The position numbers and the translations under genes were made by a program. This document shows, piece by piece, positions 1-13,566 of a stretch of DNA of 64,000 bases. The DNA is from Curvularia clavata (taxonomy: Eukaryota), in assembly GCA_023920165.1 (NCBI GenBank), contig CP089276.1:124001-188000 (forward strand). The letters run 5' to 3'. Position 1 is the first letter of the stretch. Each line of letters starts with the position of its first letter. The notes under the pieces were generated by a model. It saw only the letters and a list, made by a program, of their open reading frames with translations, was not told the DNA's origin and made no database searches.

Positions 1-2053
1 ATACAGAACCGACAGTCCAGGCTGAGATATCTCATGCAATATGCCGTACATTGCCAGCGTTGAAATCAACCACAAACCATACAAACCACCCACGTGGGCG
101 GCGTTGGCCTTGGGAGTGGTAGAACAGCTTCCGTCCCACCTGTGTGGTCATAGGTGCGCGCCTTCAGGCCCCCCTGTACTATGATCGATCGCGCATCTCC
201 TCCTATAGGAAGGTGAGCACGCGACTGGACGACCCCAGTCTTGCATGCATATGTCTGCGTCTCATATACTTGCATGTACATGTCAAGCAGAAAACAAGCA
301 ATGCCAATGTGGCGGACAGGTGCCGGCAGTCCGTGGGACTCGGCAATGCATATCCATCCTTCGAGGGCTTGGTTTCCAGAAGTATTGCATGCCAACGAAA
401 GACATTCTGGGCTCAGCAATGAGTGAATGTATTATTGTTGTACGTATGGAAGCGAGCTGGCATGAACGGAGAATGCCGGGCGGGGCTCTGCTTGTAATCA
501 CAAGGTCTAGAGCTTCTGAGTCAAACTCCTCCATTGCGCAAGGCATGCAGAGTCGTGTTGCTCCACGCTGCTGTGGGCTGTCAACTCAAAGTAGCCGCGG
601 CTCGACGGGCCTATAGACTACTTATGGGCGTACAGGCCCACTTCAGCTCTGGATCGAAGACCCTGAGACGGGTGGCTGGCGGCCGCCTGCCTTTTCGTGG
701 GGATGCAGACAGGCCATGGCGTTTGTATGACATGGTACTCTTCTGCTTCAAGTTGCGAACGCATTATAATGGACCCTGGAATCGTTGTACACAGAAAACT
801 CTACAACGAGGACTGTTTCCCTTTGAAAAGCATTAGTAGACCTAAAGTATATATTGCCCAAGTGATGCTGGAGCGGCACGTTACTGCCGCCTCCCCCACA
901 CGAGGCAAGTGGAGATGTTCGGTACGCGTATCAAGTATGGTGCATCCTTGTTTGGATGCAAGCTTTTTTGCTCCATCTTTCTCCAGATGTGGTCACTGTC
1001 CAATCAGCAGAAAGCAATGACATTCTGCTCTCGAGCGGCTCATGATGACAGAGTATTGAAATTGAAGCGTAATCGTGGTCAGCATCGTGAAAATTGCCGG
1101 TGAAGGCACTTGTTGTTTAAACGGTTGCTGTGGCAGAGGACCGTCTCTGGATTGTGTTGCGCTTACTCGGCCAATAGGAGCATTGTTACCGCTCGCAGGC
1201 AATTGAACGGCAGAGGTGCCTAGGCTATAACGGCTGAGGCGTTGGGCTGGCCTGGGCTGGCTGCAAGTGAACTCTGAGAGGATCCCTGGCCGTAGAGAAT
1301 TTTTTTTCTTGTCTGTCAGTACATACGTGTTGCTGATTGCGCCTGGGGTCAGGATCCGTAGCGGCAAATCCGCGCCCTGAGCTGCTCGTGAGCATGAGGA
1401 TGGCGGCATGGTGTTGAGTGGGGGAGTGGATTTTGGTCGTGGGCGGAGGACGGGCTGGCCGGCAGGCAGTCCGTTTTGAATTGCTCCAAGGTGCTTGCAC
1501 GTGCAAGGGCGACCGGGATGACAGAGGGTTGGCAGTAGCGCGAACCAGGGCGCGGCCGATGTCATTTCCTTCCTAGGGTTTGGGCATCGCCATGCATGCC
1601 ATCACTTCAGCTACAGTCCTTACTGCTTTGCGCAAGCCCCTTGCTGTCCTTCGTTTGCGTCTGCTTTGGGTCAATTATCCGGCCAGTATATATTCTACAT
1701 GTCTCCCGTGACAGCCGCATAGGCCCGACTCAAGTCTTCGGCACAGCAAACCGTAGTCTGTACAAAGCTTCCAGTCGTCAGCTTATTGCTACTCGTTCCA
1801 ATTAGGTCGTTCGGTAAGTGGCCCGCCAAGGGCAGTCTCTCGGTCCTTCACCGGCCCAATACCTCGCGGCGTCTTGAATCTGTGACACAAGAGACGGGAA
1901 CCCAGCAATGTTTCCGCCGTTGCGCTATCGTCAACCCGTTATCTAACGGTGGGCAGTTGACACCACTCGCCTCCTGCGACGCTGCACCTCTGCTTCACCA
2001 CACCACACCCCATTGAACGCCTCGCCACTTCCTTCTACACATTATTTGTTGGT

Positions 2054-4776
2054 ATGAAGTACGGCGATACGCTGAGGCAGAGGTCCATACCAGAATGGGG
2101 CCATTGTAAGTCCCTACGCCTTATCTGCCAACGTGCAATTCTCAGCTAACAACTGGGCGCGTCTAGATAACATTGACTACGATTACCTCAAGGAATTGAT
2201 CAAGCACCAGACCACACCGGGCACCAACAAGGCCGTATCCATTCCCGGCCAGGGCGAGAGCACAGAGAGGGCGTTTGGCGACACCTTTTTCAAGGTCCTC
2301 GCCGAGCAACATGATCGCATCAACTTGTTTATACGAAGCAAGAGCGGCGAGATCGAGCGCAGGCTAGAACACATAAGCAAGACGCTACAGCAACTGCGCA
2401 CAAAACGCGATCCGGTAAGCGGACGTCTTCCCGCCCGGACGGTCGAGAGATACGCAAAGATTGAAGCAGACGTCATCAGGTACGCGACAAGCACGCTTGC
2501 GCACGCGTCTTCACAGCCACCCCACTAACACAGCTGCAGCACCGGCGAGGAGATTAGGTCCCTATCCCGCTTCCAGGTTACCCAGCGAACCGGTTTCATC
2601 AAAATCCTGAAGAAATACAAGCGCTGGACCAGAGACGGAGAGCTTGCCCATGTCTTCAAACAGGAAATCAGCAGCCGCCCAGACAGTCTTTTTCAGCTCG
2701 ATCTTGGCTACTTGCTAGACCAATTTATTGAGGCCCTGGATACGCTCCGTTCTGCTTTCGACGCCAATGGCACATCGGCATCCAACGCCGCCAATGTTAC
2801 GGGCCAGTCGTCGGCTGCGCGGATATCGAGAAGCCTTGAAAAAGGCGACGACCTAGACTTTGACCTCGCACTGGACACGGTGCCCTTGGGCACCAAAGGC
2901 AGCAAGGCAACATACTGGATACACCCGGACCACATTGTTGAGGCTCAAGTGTTGCTGCTCCAGCACATGCGACTCTATATCAGCAAAGCAAAGCGAAACT
3001 CCTCAAACAGGCCAACCCCTCTTCGTCGCCACTCCTCTGCAGCCAATATCGACCCGTACTTTGGTAGTGAAGATACGACCGGACTTGTTGTGCTTGATCA
3101 TGCTGAGAGCTTTGCATTCAAACAAAATGCGAGCACGATAGGCGCAGCCGAGGACATGCAAGGGGGCACAGGGATCAAGGCAGCTGCCCAGATTCGGTGC
3201 TGCGCGTCTGGGCAAGCCGCAGTCGTTGTTTGCCCTGAAGCCGATGCGCAACCCGCTTTATCTAACACGAAGACGGTGAAGATGGAACGCCGCTATCTCA
3301 AAAGCTTCCTGGATACATCGGTAGACGAAAGCAGTGTAAGGCCTTCCTGTAATCCAAAGGAGAACGTCCCGGTTATCCGTCAATGGCTTACGGAACACCC
3401 ATCAACAAAGCCCATCGCTGGCGCACTCTTGAAGCGGACAAGGTTTACTGGACTGCATAACAATTCGGCAGGAGGTATTTGGGCAACACTAGATAAGGAT
3501 ATATGTTTAACAGAGGGGTTATTCCAGGACCTGGGGGACGACGACTGGACTTTGGCTTCTCGGTCAGAGGCAACAAAGCGGTTTCCCCATGCTATTCTAG
3601 AGATCCGTCGTGAGGGCAACCAGGCCATGTCTCTTATACAGACGCTTGACCGAAGTCACCTGGTACGTCGGTCTTCGATATGGTTCATATTCCACAAGCT
3701 AACAATTGCAGGTTGAGCGTGTCCGGGGGTTCTCTTTGGAAGCACATGCTGTATGGACTTGCTGCAAGCCGAGTGCCATGTCTGCGCCTTTGTGGATCTC
3801 CCTTTTGGACAAGGATATTCGCAAGTTACCGGAGCCTGTACAACGACGCAGTCGCAAAGCGAGGGGTAGCATGAGCGCTTCAGTATCTCAATTCTCTCCT
3901 CCGGTCACATCGACTTCCAACACGTCATACGACGGTCAGTCGAGCCCAGTTGCGTCACGCTACGAAGAGTCTTCTGCAACGTCGGTGCACGAGTTTGTCG
4001 ACCCGCCGCCACTACAGGCATTCCGAAAGAAGAGTCGCAAGCCCTATTCCGACTATCCTCCACCGATGATTCGAGCCGAATCGGAGCCAGAGGCACAGCC
4101 ACGGTACTGGAACGAGTACGATAATCCAGAGGACGAAGAGAACGGTTACTATATTTACGTCGACCCAGACGCTCCCATCAAGTTTCCCGGACAGGAATTT
4201 TTGGAAGCGTGCGCGAGGAAAACGAAGAAGCTGTTTGGAATCCAGGAAGAGCCAGACGAGGCATCTCTGTCTGGTACCGAGGACTCGGATGACGATGACA
4301 CTACCAACTCGTCGCCTGTTATTCACGCTGCAAACTACGGAACCATTGGTCCCAACAACCAGGACAGCGAGAACCAAGGGTACTTTAGCACTCTTTTCCG
4401 GTCGCTGCGTGATCCTAAGCGTGACGCGGACATGTTCCATGAGCGACGTGTGCTGTTGGGTCAAGTGGAGAGCCACCAACACCACGTGGAAATGACCAAG
4501 ATGCGCTTTTACTCGACTGCTCTGGGTGCGGCTGTTGTCCTGGATCTCATCTTGGGTCTCATGATTACGACGAGCCGGAAGAAGGAGCGAGGCGTTGTGG
4601 ATGCTGGGGTGATTGTCGGGACCATCTGCACGCTGGCGCTGTGTGTCGTGGCCGTGATTAGCATGCGGACACGCAGGGAGCGGTTAGGGTGGGTGCACCA
4701 GGGCGCCGTGCTGAGCATTGCGGGTGCGGTCGTGGCGTTGAATATTGTGTTTCTGCTGTGGGTACTGCGGATATAA
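2054..4776 (+). CDS. SPX-domain / VTC-like protein with C-terminal transmembrane helices (introns 2106-2166, 2480-2539, 3663-3711)
   Basis: Starts MKYGDTLRQRSIPEWGH-YNIDYDYLKELIK (SPX N-terminus); TGFIKILKKYKRWT SPX lysine cluster; KATYWIHPDHIVEAQVLLLQH, FPHAILEIR and VRGFSLEAHAV are VTC-like; three hydrophobic segments at the C-terminus; GT-AG introns restore the frame. Confidence 0.85.
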
Positions 4777-5690
4777 GAAAGGGGCGCGGCTAGGTCCGGC
4801 TTCTGCAGTATGTTTTGTTGGGTACATGGAAAAGCTTGGAGCTTTGGGCGCAGGCAAGGGCTGGGCGGTTTTGTGGGTAATGTGTTTGTATGGGGAAAGG
4901 ATTGGGCGTCGATGCAAGGGATCGCCCATGTCTATATTCAACATGAATCAATATCGTAGTGATTCGAGGTGTGACTCCACCCATCCATGAGATCATCATG
5001 AGGCTCTGCGATCCACTATGCTTGGCGTGTCTCCGTGGGGGTGTGCCGCTTCCGGCCTGTTACTGGGGAAGTCGGAAGAGCTTCCCAATTGGGTCGTGGT
5101 GCAGTCGCCGCCACCGACTCGACTCGAGACTCGACTCGACTCCTCGCCCGTTGAATGGTAGACGGACGACTGCGCAGCCATTGGCGAAACACGGCGAGTT
5201 CACGTGTACATACAGATTCTGCAAACGGCCTTTGAGCGGCAGAGGCTGCACGTGCAGCACAGCGCCGCGCAGCGCATCGCAGCATCGACCTGTCCCGCCT
5301 TTCCCGAGGTGGAGCGCAACCTGACGCGAACCCACGCTTTCGTCATCCCAAGCCGCCGATGCCCTTCAGACTTTTGAAGCTCCACTGTTCCAAACTGCCA
5401 CCTTTCTTTCCTACACGACAGATCCTCCCCCGGAAAAATACAGTCCCATTGAGCTCCATGCTCGCCATGCTGTTTTAACCACTTTCCGAGGTCAGTTCAA
5501 AATTTCCATGCCCTTCCCCTTCCCCTCCGATTCCGCTGCGCGGCCGCTAATACTACCCAGACATGTGAATCGTTGAACCTCAGCACCTCTTTGTAGCATA
5601 TTTTTGATTGAACACGCTCTTGTATAATATCCCTACAGCGCCTGGAGCGATTGCCCCTCCACACACCCTTGGATCCATCTGCACATCATC

Positions 5691-8038
5691 ATGGCTGCCC
5701 GACGAGGAAGCCGCTTCATCAAGCCATTGCTCTACACTGCAGGCGCTGGAGCAGTCGGCGCCGGAGCCCTCTATGTCACCCTGCGACCTCGCGATATCCC
5801 CGGCAGTGAAGCCGCCGCAGTACCCCCGCCAACATATGGCGAGGGAGGCATCTTCCGCCCACCACAGTTCCCCACTGCCAGAAGCCGCGACGAGCAGATT
5901 GCGCAGCTGAAGCGCAGCGCCGGTGTCGTCTCACAAGTCGCCGAAAAGGCAAGGAGATGGATCGGTGGTGGCAGCTCAGCATCTGAAAAGGTCGAAGAGG
6001 ACCCATACGACCTTTTGATCATTGGTGGTGGCGCAACTGGAGCCGGTATTGCCCTCGACGCCGTCACAAGAGGTCTCAAGGTTGCCCTCGTCGAGCGCGA
6101 TGACTTTAGCAGCGGTACCAGCAGTAAGAGTACGAAACTGGTACACGGTGGTGTCCGATATCTCGAAAAGGCCGTGTGGAATCTTGACTACAACCAGTGA
6201 GTAACCTCGCAATTTGTGTCGCTTGCCTTGGGTACTAATCTTGTTCCAGATATTCTCTTGTCGTCGAAGCCCTACGTGAACGTCGTTACTTCTTAGATAC
6301 TGCACCTCATCTCTCACAATGGCTCCCCATTATGATTCCTATCCAGAAGTGGTGGCAGGCGCCCTACTTCTGGGCGGGTACCAAGTTCTATGACTTCCTC
6401 GCTGGATCGGAGAACATTGAGTCTTCCTACTACATGACAAAGAGCAAGGCCTTGGACGCATTCCCCATGTTGAAGAAAGAAGGCCTTATCGGAGCTTTGG
6501 TCTACTACGGTAAGTTTTCCAACTTCTTGTTTCCGCGACCCTCCCTAATCTGAGCAGACGGTGCACACAACGACTCCCGCATGAATGTCTCGCTTGCTAT
6601 GACTGCTGCGCTGTATGGCGCCACTGTTGTCAACCATCTTGAGGTCACCGGCCTTGAAAAGGATGCCAATGGCCGTCTGTGTGGTGCAAAGGCAAGGGAC
6701 CTGATTGAAGAGAGCAACGGCAAGAAGCCTCAAGAGTTCTCCATCAAGGCCAAGGGCATCATCAACGCTACTGGTCCTTTCACCGACTCGATCCGCAAGA
6801 TGGATGACCAGGATGTACCAGAAATTGTTGCCCCTAGCTCTGGTGTTCACGTCATCCTCCCTGGTTACTACAGCCCGGCAAACATGGGTCTCATTGACCC
6901 CAACACATCTGATGGTCGTGTCGTCTTCTTCCTGCCATGGCAAGGCAACACCATTGCCGGTACGACGGACACTGCATGCGACATCAAGCAGAACCCCATT
7001 GCTGGTGAAGAAGAGATTGACTGGATTCTGAACGAGGTCAAGCGCTACCTGCAACCCGAGATTAACGTTCGCCGCGGTGATGTCCTCGCCGCTTGGTCCG
7101 GTATCCGTCCTCTTGTCCGCGATCCCAAAGCAAGCGCGACAGAAGGTCTTGTCCGTAACCACCTGGTGACCACTTCTCCATCTGGCCTATTGACTTGCTC
7201 AGGTGGCAAGTGGACAACTTACCGCCAGATGGCCGAGGAGACGGTTGACGAGGCAATCAAGGAGTTTGGCCTTACTCCCAAGCCACTTGAGAACCCTACT
7301 CTCATCAGCGGAACTCAGGTCAAGGACGAGGCACCTCTCGATGGTACTTGCCAGACCCACCGTGTCCGCCTTGTTGGTGCCCACGGTTTCTCCAAGACTC
7401 TCTTCATCAACTTGATCCAGCATTACGGAATCGAGACCGACGTGGCCAAGTACTTGTGCCAGGCCTATGGTGACCGTGCCTGGACCGTTGCATCTCTCTC
7501 GGCACCCACTGAGCAGCGCTTCCCTGTTCGTGGAATCAAGATGTCTGAACTCTACCCCTACGTTGATGGCGAGGTCCGCTACTGCGTCCGCCACGAGTAT
7601 GCTCAGACTGCGACTGACGTGATCGCCCGCCGTATGCGTCTCGCCTTCCTCAACGCCCAGGCTGCCCTCGAGGCCCTCCCCAAGGTCATTGATATCATGG
7701 CCGAGGAGCTGAAGTGGGACAACAAGCGCAAGGAGGTTGAGTGGAAGAACGGTGTCACCTACCTTGGCTCCATGGGTCTTCCCAAGAGCAAGCTTTCGCT
7801 TACCCGCAAGGAGGTCGAAAGCGGCGCCGTAGGCAAATATGCCGATGAAGAACACCACCTCTACGCACGACATGGTGAGTCCCTTCCTGACGACGAGGCT
7901 TGTGGAAACCTCTTCGCGTTTGGGATTAGGCTAAATGAGATTTTTACAGATAAACCCAGCGAGCCTCTCCCCTCAGACAGCAAGTTCAAGCACGGCCAGA
8001 ACCCCGTCGTCAAGCGCGAGGCTGAGGTCAACAAATAG
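5691..8038 (+). CDS. GUT2: Mitochondrial FAD-dependent glycerol-3-phosphate dehydrogenase (introns 6197-6249, 6510-6557, 7875-7949)
   Basis: [53 protein letters not shown] and [12 protein letters not shown] family motifs. Confidence 0.97.
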
Positions 8039-9114
8039 GCACCTCAGCAGCTAGTGCATCAACAGGACCTATGTTATCTTACTCTTACACCACTCCTACA
8101 CTTGTATCATCCTAATCGGGCGTGCGCGGCGTACTCGAGTCGGCATCCGTCGTTGCTGGGGCTTGATACCATCGCATGATTGGGCGTCGTCCCTTTTTCT
8201 TGTCGCATTGTTTTTGTATATAAAACCATGTATTTAGATTAGCGTCACCTCGCAAGAATTGAGTAAACATGGTTTTACTTTGGACATTGGGGCTCTGTCG
8301 ATACATCCACCTAAGATTTCTAGTCTCCATTTCTTGTTAACGTGTTCACCGCTAATGCTAAAGAATAGTAGTTTTGGGACAGCACATTGATATGCATGCA
8401 GAGTAACCCCACTCCACTTGCTCTAGCTCCACTTCCCATGTCATCCGCGGTGGCCCGCTTACCGGCCGGATGCACAGTGACCTAGGATCTCTAGATATGT
8501 TGTGGTGATTGTTTTGGAGATATGTATTTGTATTTGTCATTGTCAGTTAGATATGCTACCACCAAGAAAATACGTAGAGGGTTCATAGAATGTTCAGTGG
8601 ATAGCTATAGGATAGCTTGTTGATGACATGTGATTGCAGCGGTTAAAAGGGATTAAAATGTGCTTCATGTGATGGTAAATGTTGAAGGGGCTTGGGTTGG
8701 TGGCTGCTTATCATATGGGTATAGAACAGCTGAGGCATCAGTGAGATTGTTGAATTTGAAGGACCTTCTTGATCTTCTTCCCCGCCTACCATATGTTTCT
8801 CTATCTAGACTAGACTGGAACAGACGGCGGTAGGACGGAGAAAATGTGGATGCTCATCACGTGGTATCAACACTAACTTGATACAGAGAGTCCTGGTATC
8901 TTGGCACTGATCGGACGAATGAAAGCACGGTCTTTCTAAATCTAATAATGTAGATCGCATCTTTTTCAGCGGCAGAAGCCCCTGGGAATGGGGTCAAGAT
9001 ATGGCTAGAGCGGATATCATGATCGCGGGTCGCTTTGGGTAGAAAATTGCTATGGATTAAGCTTTCTTACGTTCTCAACTATAGTCCTAGCCCTAGGGCG
9101 GCCGTTTGTTCGCA

Positions 9115-10484
9115 ATGCATATACTCCCCTTCCTCTTCATTCAAGCCACTTCTACTGCTGCCTTTCCTTGGATAGGTACTCAGCCTGGCGTCAGCTCTAG
9201 TTTCTTCAAGGACGCCCATACGGTCGAGAAACGCCAGGACAAATGTCCATTCAACCCTGTGCACAAAGGTGCTACTCCCTACACTGAGCCGTACACTTAC
9301 ACCGGAGCAAAGAATGGTCTTCCTGGTAGCCAGATAGGCGGAATCAAGGTCCCAGCAGACGGGGATACTGCCCATGCTTTCACACCTCCTGGACCCAATG
9401 ATATTCGTGGTCCATGTCCTGGTCTCAACGCACTGGCGAACGTAAGCAATCGTTAATACGACCTCATTGTCTTGAACAGTTGCTAATGCTGAGCAGCATA
9501 ACTTCATTTCTCATGATGGAATCACAACTTTCCAAGAGCTTGTCGACGCCCAGCAAAACGTCTTCAACGTCGGACACGACCTATCTATTGTCCATGCTGT
9601 CCTTGGGATCCAAGCTGGCGGTGACGCTGTCACTGGCCGCCTGAGTATTGCATGCGATGCTACCTCTCGCACTGCTCTCTCGCCTCTTCTGGGTCGCCAG
9701 CTCGGCCTCAACGCACACAACAAGTTTGAGGCTGACTCATCACTCACACGCAACGACTACTTTCTCGCAAATGGCGACAATTACAGTTTCAACGGCACGC
9801 TGTTTGCGCAGATGAAGGCAGTCGCTGATGAAGTTTCCGGTGGAAAGTTTGATCGCAATGCGCTTGCCAAATACCGCAGTGACCGATACGATGACTCTGT
9901 GGCTAATGTCAGTATTTTGTTGTATATTTCTTTACCAAACGCACACTTCTGACCAGATTTAGAACCCAAACTTCTTCTTCAGCCCTTACTCGCTTATCCT
10001 CTACGGAGCCGCTGCCTTCCTTTACGAACTCTTCCCTAGCTACGGCAATAAAGGCACACCGGATCTCGAGACGATGAAATCTTTCTTTGGTGCGGTTGAA
10101 GACGCTTCTGCACCAGGAGGTTGGCGCCACGTCCCTGAGCGCATCCCGGATAATTGGGTCTCGCGAGTTCAACCTTACACTGTTGCTGATGCCGCTACTG
10201 AAATTCTCGCCATGTACCTGCAGTACCCCAAGCTGTTTGGTGGAAACGTCGGTACGAATAATTTCGACGCACTGAATACGCCTTTTGGTATTATCCGTGA
10301 TGGGAGGCTGCCGGATGAGGTGACGGCAAAAGACTTGATGTGCTTGTTGTATCAGTTGACGGTTAGTCCTTTGCCTGGTATGCTTGGTACCATCAGCGAT
10401 ATTACGGATGCGGCTCTGAACTTTGCTACTTCGAAGCTGAATCCGGCGTTTAATAACTCAGGGTGTCCGCTGAGGGTTGGTTGA
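9115..10484 (+). CDS. Secreted heme-thiolate peroxidase (chloroperoxidase / unspecific peroxygenase family; introns 9442-9496, 9908-9962)
   Basis: Signal peptide MHILPFLFIQATSTAAF; DIRGPCPGLNALAN-HNFISHDG proximal Cys motif; HNKFEADSSLTRND; ERIPDNW motif. Confidence 0.9.
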
Positions 10485-10991
10485 AGTAGGTATGCGGGGA
10501 TAATATGGGCCATGGAGGAAGGCTTAGCCGCATAAGCGGAAGCGTCTATCTTGCGCGACTGAACGATCCAAAGCTGTAAAAGATATAATTAAGCGAATTT
10601 ACACCTTAGCTTTCTGGTTTTGCCTTTAGTTTCCAGTCTTCTCCGTTTTGTTCGCGGCTTTGATGGTATTTCGTGGCTCTGCTTGGAACAGTTTTTGGGA
10701 TACCTAGTTAGTTTCCCGATACTTTGCGAGATGCTCTTGGCCTACTCTTAGCAGCCGCTTCACCGAATCAAGCTGGGCATAGTCATCTCCTCATCGGAGC
10801 CAATCTGCAGTGTCGAACAACGCAGACGAGCTGGTCAGCCTTGCTGCATCACCTCCTGCTCAGCCTTCTTGCCCCGCCTCCTGTTAACTCCGCCTCCACA
10901 ACCACACAGCAGGTATGTTCATGACTGCGCAACTTTAAGAATCGAACCATCGTGTTGACCAGCGCAAGCTCGTCGCTCGGTTACTCACACC

Positions 10992-13566
10992 ATGGATCCG
11001 CTCTCAGTGACGGCAAGTATTCTAACCCTAATAACGGTAGCTGGATCTATTCTACAACAATTGGAAAATGTCAAATCTCGTCTGGATGCTCAATCTGAGC
11101 TTCTGAATATTATGAATACCGTAGGTACCATATTTTCCCCATGTTGTGCAGCCTAACAGATATAGGTCACGGATCTACAAGCGACTTTGATCGTAGTGCG
11201 AGATGAAGATGACGCGCTCAGAAACAGCACAATACCAGCTGCGAGGCTGGCCTATGAGACTCTACCCAATACCATTGGGAGACTCCAGAAACGCTTGGAC
11301 GAGGTGGTCGATTTCGCTCATGCACACCTGCTGAGGAATGGAAAAGGCCTATCTCATCTTGGATTGAGCGCGCGACGGAAAAAACAGTTGGTCGACATCC
11401 GAGACAGTATTTCAGACGCACACCGTAACCTGCAATTGGTTCTCCTTTCAGCAAACCTGTTAGCTTATTCCAACCATTACCTAGTGTTTCAACCAGTACG
11501 AAAGCTAATTACTTCGTAGTCGCCGAAACCGAGATTTGTTATCGAGGATTGAAGAGGCTGTCATTGTGCAGAACCAAAATCATGCGGAGACTTCCGCTTC
11601 TCTAAGCCAGATAACTGCTCAATTAACAACAGTACAAGATCTTCAAATCAACAGCTCAAAAGCCATGCATCCCAGACAGGACAAAATCAGATCAGCCCTA
11701 GCACAATCAATACATGAAGATGGCAACGTAATGTCAACCTATCTGCGCATAACAACAAGCATGCCTCGGAAAGCATGCGACAGGACTTGCAATTGCCAAT
11801 GTCATGTTTGGACTCAGTTTCAGACGCCGAAATTTATCTCAGCCGCTGTTGGGACGCTATTCTACTCATCTACAAATACACCATCGCTTGACGTTCGGCC
11901 TTGTAATGTCACAACTTGCCTTAGAACCCAGCCATCATCATCTTCTAGGCTTACGTATTACTTTCCTAGTTGGATGATGCGTAGCACCGTTATCTATGTC
12001 ATGTACACCAGCTTAAGCGGAAGAAATTCCTCGTGGTTTGTTAAGATGCCAAGAGAGATTTCCTATGACCAGCCTTACTGGTCATTCGTACAATTCGGGT
12101 GGAAAAAAAATCTCTGGGAGCATTTAGAACGCCGGGAAATCTCACCCTTTGATGTTGGGCCGACTGGAATTTCTCTTTTACATGTAGGTCATAAAAAGGG
12201 GGTTGGATCACTCATAGACGGTGGAATAGATCTCGCACTGACACCCATGTAGTGGGCATTATACCACCGGCAATTTAAGATTTGCTCTCTCCTATTAATG
12301 ATGGGAGCAAACCGGGATTTCAAAGATCAATCAGGAAAGTAAGTAAATGCTGATCAATACAGGGAAATTTAGCACTGAATGGTTCAAAGATCAGCATCCG
12401 ACCTGGCGTGGAGAAGGATTCTGAGTACTAAGGACCAAGACGAGGTAGTTCTTCTACGGAATCTCGTCGGCACCGAGGACTCATATGATCTCTTTCTCGG
12501 GCCTCTACATCGTATAGTGACCGGACTATCCAATGCCGATCTTCAAATGCAGATAAACATGGAGCCCTCGCGTATCAACGACCGCGACTGGCAAGGAATG
12601 ACCCCTCTGATGTGGGCAGCGGCTCGGGACAATCCAGTACATCTCAATATGCTTCTCTCTCGCGGCGCTCAAATTGAACTAAAGGATTCCGAGGGCTCGA
12701 ACGCTCTCCATCTTGCAGTAAAAGCAGAATCGCTAGAATGCGTCAAGGCCCTTCTGAAAGCGGGGGCCAATCCCAATAGCGTCGATGGTGACGGCCTTTT
12801 TCCTCTCCGAAAGCTCTGGTCCTTGCAACGTAAGTCCGATGTGAAGCGTATGGTCTTAGTTAGCTACTGCGCAAATCCAAGGATCCAGCAAAGTCAAGGA
12901 CGAACTCCTCTACACGCCGCCGTTGATTTAGGCTTGTATGAAGTTGCCCTAGCCTTAACAGAAAACGGCGCGGATATCAATACTCTGGATTCCTTGGGAA
13001 CTCCGCCCATTGATATTGCCATTTTCCGTGGATACGATAAAATGGTCCAGCTCTTCTGCGAGCTAGGAACAGTTACATCCTGGAATCGACTTGATGACGG
13101 AGGGAACAATGTTCTCGAACAAGCAGCAATGTTTGGAACGGTGAAGGTCATGGAGGTTTTATCAGCATCTGATATTGTGCCTATAGAATGCTATTCTGCA
13201 ACGCTAATGCACTTGTTTAAGCAAAAAAGCGGCAGATTATTCGATATCACATGTTCTTTTGAGAAGGAACTCGCTGCCTTTACCCGTCTGCTAGAAAAGA
13301 AGGCGATTCTGCTCGATCTTGTTGAGGAGTTGGGTTCTTCTGACGAGCTGGAAGATGAAGCAGTTAGTGAGGAGAGCAGGGCACATGATAGATACTATGA
13401 AGATGGCCAATATGACGAAGATGCTAGAGAAGAAGGTGGCAGAGACGATGGAGACGACGACGAAGAAGAAGAGTTGGATGATGTCTTTGAGGATGCTTTG
13501 GAACGTCTTTCTTTACTTGATGAGCCTGAAATGTTTGCTTCATCGTTTGCCACAGCGTCAACATGA
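10992..13566 (+). CDS. Ankyrin-repeat protein with fungal HeLo-like/STAND-associated N-terminal helical domain and acidic tail (introns 11121-11165, 11459-11519, 12184-12252, 12339-12389)
   Basis: MDPLSVTASILTLI N-terminus; CNCQCH...YYFPSW central motif; ankyrin repeats GMTPLMWAA, GSNALHLAV, GRTPLHAAV; all four introns preserve the frame. Confidence 0.82.

Noticed and set aside
1498..1503. CACGTG as a Pho4/NUC-1 site for the SPX-VTC gene
   Set aside because: Isolated hexamer about 550 bp upstream; the motif occurs repeatedly across the window, so it is not distinguishable from chance.
6545..7873. Long antisense ORFs opposite GUT2 (likewise opposite the DPBB and Tcp11 genes)
   Set aside because: Shadow ORFs expected from codon bias of the sense gene; no domain features.
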